From: Prorocentrum cordatum
Taxonomy: Eukaryota
Direction of reading: 5' to 3'
Assembly: GCA_963575745.1 (NCBI GenBank)
Contig: CAUYUJ010000323.1
Span: 62,001 to 115,365, forward strand
Length of the DNA stretch: 53,365 nucleotides
Numbering within the stretch: position 1 is the stretch's first letter; the number at the start of each line of letters is the position of its first letter. This document shows, in pieces, positions 48,772-53,365 of the stretch. The translations under genes were made by a program, and so were the position numbers. The notes below the pieces were generated by a model, which did not search any database, was not told the origin of the DNA, and saw nothing but the letters and a program-made list of their open reading frames with translations.

Positions 48772-49282
48772 GTCTCCGACAGCACGCCCCTCAGCAATGC
48801 CGCCCGCACTGGGCCCATGAGTACACATTGTCGCGAAGAGTCGCGAAGAGGCCTGGAAATCTGCCAGATGTTTCTGAAAGTTGTGGTTGCAGCAACGACG
48901 GTATTGCAGGTACCACCGACGACCGTGACAGTGTCTACAATCATGAGGAACATCTTTCGCGTTTCCCCAAAAACGAGGCCAGAGCTTCCATGGCGAGGAG
49001 AGTCATTTCAACGAAGACGGCGGCAATGACCGTAACATTGGTGGTGACAGTGACGGGGGCAACCATGCCATCGGGGGGCGCCAATTATCCGCTCACAGCT
49101 GTTCTGGCCAGGCCAACCTCGGGCCCAGGGTTGGTGTATCTAGTTCCTGCATCTAATAATAATAAGAAGAAGAAGAACAGTAATCAGAACACGAGTAATA
49201 GTAATGATAACAAACATACTAATGTTAATGCTAAGAATAAGAAGAATAAGAATAAGAAGAAGAGGAGGAGGAGGAGGAGGAG

Positions 49283-52200
49283 CAAGGCTCCCAACTGAGA
49301 GCGGTGACGTAGCACGCGCTTACCAGCAAGGCTCCCAAGAGCGAGCGGTGCGCAACAAGCTCTTATCACCAAGGCTCCCGAGCGAGCGGTAACGTAAGCA
49401 TTTCTGGGCACGAGGGCTCCCAACAGAGAGCGGTACTGCAACAAGCTCATCCCAGCAAGGCTCCCAACAGAGAGCGGCGACGTAACACGCGCTTACCAGC
49501 AAGGATCCAAAGAACGAGCGGTGACGCAACAAGCCCTTGACACCAAGGCCAAAGAACGGGCGGTAACGTAAAAGTCTCTGAACTACAGGGCTCCCAACAG
49601 AGAGCGGGGGCGCAACTAGTTCTTAACACCAAGGCTCCAAAGAGCGAAGGGTACCATGAGCCATCTCGGCCAAGTGGCTGAAGCGCTCTTTCCGTTTCTG
49701 TGCCGGCCCCAGGTGTCACGGCCCGTTGCCATCGCATTTGTTTGAGTGAAGCGGCTCCTCCATGGTTTGTTTCTTCGTATTTTTTCGGATGAACTGGCCA
49801 GAGGGCCCCAAGATGGCCCCAGAGGGCCCCAAAACGGCTTCAGAGGGCCCCAAGACGGCCCCAAGAGAGCTTCAGATGGCCTCCAGACGGTCCAAGAGAG
49901 TCTCCAGACGGCTCCAGAGGCCCGCACGAGGGCCCCCGAGAGGGCCTCAGGAGGCCAAACACATTGACTGCCCTTAGGTTTTTGCATGTTTGTCGGGTTC
50001 TCTCCTTTTCAGTTTCAAAGGGCCCCAGCCGGCGCAAGAGGCCCCAAAGATCGCCCCAAGACGGCCCCAGAGGCGCCCCATAGGGGCCCAAAACAGTCCA
50101 AGAGGGCCCCCAGACGGGCCCAAGACAGCCCAAGAGGCCCCAAAGATCGTCCCAAGACGGCCCCAGAGGCCCCCAAACGGGTCCAAAACGGTCCAAGAGG
50201 GCCCCCAAGAGAGCCCCACAAGGGCCCCAACCAAGCGGGCCCGAAGAGGCGATATGGGTACCAAAACGGTCCAAAAGGGCCCCCAATAGGTTCCAAAGAA
50301 ACCCCAGAGACGCTAAGGAACGCCATGGTTCCCCACAGCGAGCGGTGACGCAACAAGCTCTGAACACCAAGGCTCCTCAGTGCGCGGTGACGTAAAGAAC
50401 TCTCAACACTAAGGCTCCCAGAAGCGAGCGGCAACGTAAAAATCTCTGAACACAAAGGCTCCCAAGAGTGAACGGTAACGTAACAACTCTGAACGCTAAG
50501 GCTCCCAAGAGCGAAGGGTGCCGTGAGCCCTCTCGGGCAAGTTCTTGGTCCGCTCTTTCCATTTCCGTGCCGGCCCAGGTGACGGAAAGAGCGAGGTATG
50601 AGTGATGACGTTGAGTTGGGGCGAAGTCCTCTAGGGAGGGGTCCAGGGGAAGGGCGAGGCCCGGGCACAATGGTCTAATGGCCCGTTTCTTTAGTATTTG
50701 TTCAAGCGAAGCGGCTCCCGGGCGGCTCCCATGGCCCGTTTCTTCATGTCTTTCTGAGTGAAGCGGCCCAAGGGCTCCAAGACAGCCCAAGAGGGCCCCA
50801 AGACGGCTCCAAGAGAGCTTCAGATGGTCTCCAGACGGTCCAAGAGAGTCTCCAGACGGCCCCAGAGGCCCTCAAGAGGGCCCCCGAGAGGGCCTCAGGA
50901 GGCCCAACACCTTGATTTCCCTAGAGTTTTTCGGGTTCTCCCCTTTTCCGTCCCAGAAAGGCCCCAGACGGCCGAAGAGGCCCCAAAGATCGTCGCAAGA
51001 CAGCCCCAGAGGCGCCCCAAAGGGGCCCAAAACGGTCCAAGAGGGTTCCCAGACTGCTCAAGACGGCCCAAGAGGCCCCAAAGATCGCCCCAAGACGGCC
51101 CCAGAGGCGCCCCAAACGAGCCCAAAACGCTCCAAGAGGGCCCCCCAGACGGGCCCAAGACGGCCCAACAAGCCCAAAAGGCCGTCCCAAGACGGCCCCA
51201 GAGGCGCCCCAAAGGGGCCCCAAACGGCCCAGGATGGCCCCCAGACGGCCCAAGAGGGCCCCAATACGGCCACGAGGGCCCCCAGGGCCCTAAGAGCCCA
51301 AGGTGGGCCCAATAGGCTCCCAAGCGGGCCCGAAGAGGAGGAGGAGGAGGAGGAGGAGGAGGAGGAGGAGCAGGAGGAGGAGGAGGAGAAGGACGAGGAG
51401 GAGGAGGAGGAGGAGGAGGAGGAGGAGGAGTGGAGGAGAGCGAAGAAGGAGAGGAGGAGAAGGAGAGGGAGGAGGTGAGGAGGAGGAGGAGGAGGGGAGG
51501 AGAGGGAGGATTAGGAGGAGGAGGAGGAACGAGGACGAGGCAAGGGAGGAGAGGGAGGTAGAAGGAGGAGGGGGAGGAAGGGACGAGAAGAGGAAGAGGG
51601 GGAGGATGAGGAGAGGACAGGGAGGAGGAGGAGAAACGAAGAGAGGAGGAGATGAACGAGAACGATGAACAGGAACGATGAACGAGGAACGAGGACGAGG
51701 AAGACGAACAAGACGAGGCCAAGGACGAGAAGGAGGACGGGAGGAGACAGAGGCGGAGGAGGAGGAGAGGCCAGGCAGAGGGAGGAGACAGAGGCGGAGG
51801 CCGGGCCGAGGCGAGGCGGAGCGAGTTGAGAAAGGGGGTAGAAGGAGAGAAGGATGAGGAGGAGGAGAAGATGAGATGTGACGAGGAGGAGGAGGAGGAG
51901 AGGAGGAGGAGAGGAGGAAGGAGGATTGGGAGGAGGAGGGGAGAGGAGGAGGAGAGGAGGAGGAGGGGAGGAGGAGGAAGGAGGGAGGAGGCGGAGGCGG
52001 AGGGAGGCGGAGACGGAGGAGGATAACAAGGAGGAGGAGGACAAGGACGATGACGAGGGAGGAGGAGGAGGAGAGGACAGGAGGAGGAGAGGAGGAGGAG
52101 GAGGAGGAGAGAAGAGGAGAGGAGGAAAGAGAGGAGAGGAGGACGTGAGGAGGAGAGAGGAAGAGGAGGAAATGAGGAGGAGGAGGAGTAAGGAGAGGAA

Positions 52201-53365
52201 GGAGGAGGAGGAGGAGGAGGGAGGAGGGAGGAGGGAGGAGGGAGGAGAAGGAGGAGAAGGAGGAGGAGGAGGAGTCAGGAGTCAGGAGGAGGAGGAGGAA
52301 AAGACGTAAGAAGCTCTTCACACCCAGGCTCCCAAGCGCGAAGGTGACGTAAAAAGCTCGTCACACCAAGGCTCCCAAGAGGGAGGGGCAACGTAAATAT
52401 CTCTGAACACCAGGGCTCCCAACAGAGAGTAGTGACGTAACAAGCTCTTCCCATCAAGGCTCCCAAGAGCGAACGGTGACGTGACAAACTCGTGCACACC
52501 AAGGCTCCCAAGAGCGAACGGTGACGTACACAACTCTCATCACCAAGGTTCCCAAGAGCGAGCGGCAACGCAAAAGTCTCGGAACACCAAGGCTCCCAAG
52601 AGCGAGCGGGGACGTCACAAACTCTTACCAGCAATGCTCCCAAGAGCGAAGGGTGCCATGAGCCCACTCGGGCAGGTTGCTGCAGCGCTCTTTCCGTTCC
52701 CGTGCCGGCCCAGGTGACGGAAAGAGCGAGGTACGAGCGAGTGACGTTGCGCAGGGGCGAAGCCCTCCTTAGGGGGAGTGCAGAGGGGGTTGAGGCGGGA
52801 CTGTTGGGTTGGTGATGGCCCGTTTCTTTTGTATTTTTTCGAGTGAAGCGGCTCCCGGGCGGCTATGGCCCATTTCTTCGTATTTTTTCGGGTGAACGGG
52901 CCAGAGGGCCCCGAGACGGCCCAAGAGGGCCCAAGACGGCCCAAGAGGCCCCCAGACGGCCCCAAGAGAGCTCCAAGAGGGCCCCAACCAAGCGGGCCCG
53001 AAGAGGCGGTATGGAGTTTGGGCTGCTTGGGTGTAGGGGCTGGGCTGGCCCAAAGACAGCCCAAGAGCCCCAAAACGGTCCAAAAGGGCCCCCAATAGGT
53101 TCCCAAGAAACCCTAGAGACGCAAAGGAACAACATGGTTCCCCACAGCGAGCGGTGACGCAACAAGCTCTGAACAACAAGGCTCCCCAGAGCGCGGTGAC
53201 GTAAACAACTTTCAATTACAACTCCCAGGAGCGAGCGGCAACGTAAAAATCTTTGAACACCGAGGCTTCCGACGGAGAGCGGCGACGTAACAAGCTCTGA
53301 ACGCCAAGGCTCCCAAGAGCGAAGGGTGCCATGAGCCCTCTCGGGCCAGTTCCTGGTCCGCTCTT
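49283..53365 (+). repeat. Composite satellite of alternating ~44-bp and ~21-bp arrays (~1-kb higher-order unit), interrupted by (GAG)n at 51333-52300
   Basis: CAAGGCTCCCAAGAGCGAGCGGTGACGTAACAAGCTC arrays (~49283, 50330, 52320, 53140) alternate with CCAAGACGGCCCCAGAGG-type arrays (~49800, 50770, 52900) through conserved linkers. Confidence 0.9.

Noticed and set aside
49283..53365. CRISPR-like regular repeats (also 19360-19700 and 20640-21080)
   Set aside because: Whole units are homologous with no unique spacers, no cas genes, eukaryotic context

Overview
Eukaryotic, GC-rich, repeat-dominated DNA, almost certainly dinoflagellate nuclear DNA: an exact 22-nt dinoflagellate spliced leader (DinoSL) lies at 22519-22540. 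Most long ORFs in the track are artefacts of (GAG)n, (CAT)n, (AAC)n and (GT)n tracts or of GC-rich minisatellites. Supportable content: (1) a decayed Penelope-like element with permuted domain order (GIY-YIG before RT, Naiad/Chlamys-type) between ~130-bp pseudo-LTRs (3257-7992); (2) a decayed APE+RT LINE (~8590-12400) and a probable LINE 3' fragment (~2515-3230); (3) an SL-headed, apparently intronless cDNA retrocopy with an intact 454-aa ORF inserted in a (TA)n tract (22519-24160); (4) a decayed DIRS-like retroelement carrying a cytosine methyltransferase domain (gag-DNMT-RT-RNaseH, 27046-31640), preceded by a 19/22 DinoSL relic and lacking a recognisable tyrosine recombinase; (5) several MITE and foldback families plus hierarchical satellites; (6) a chain of short, partly phase-compatible plus-strand candidate exons (AG acceptors, GT/GC donors) of unidentified host gene(s). 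All calls come from reading motifs by eye; no searches were run.
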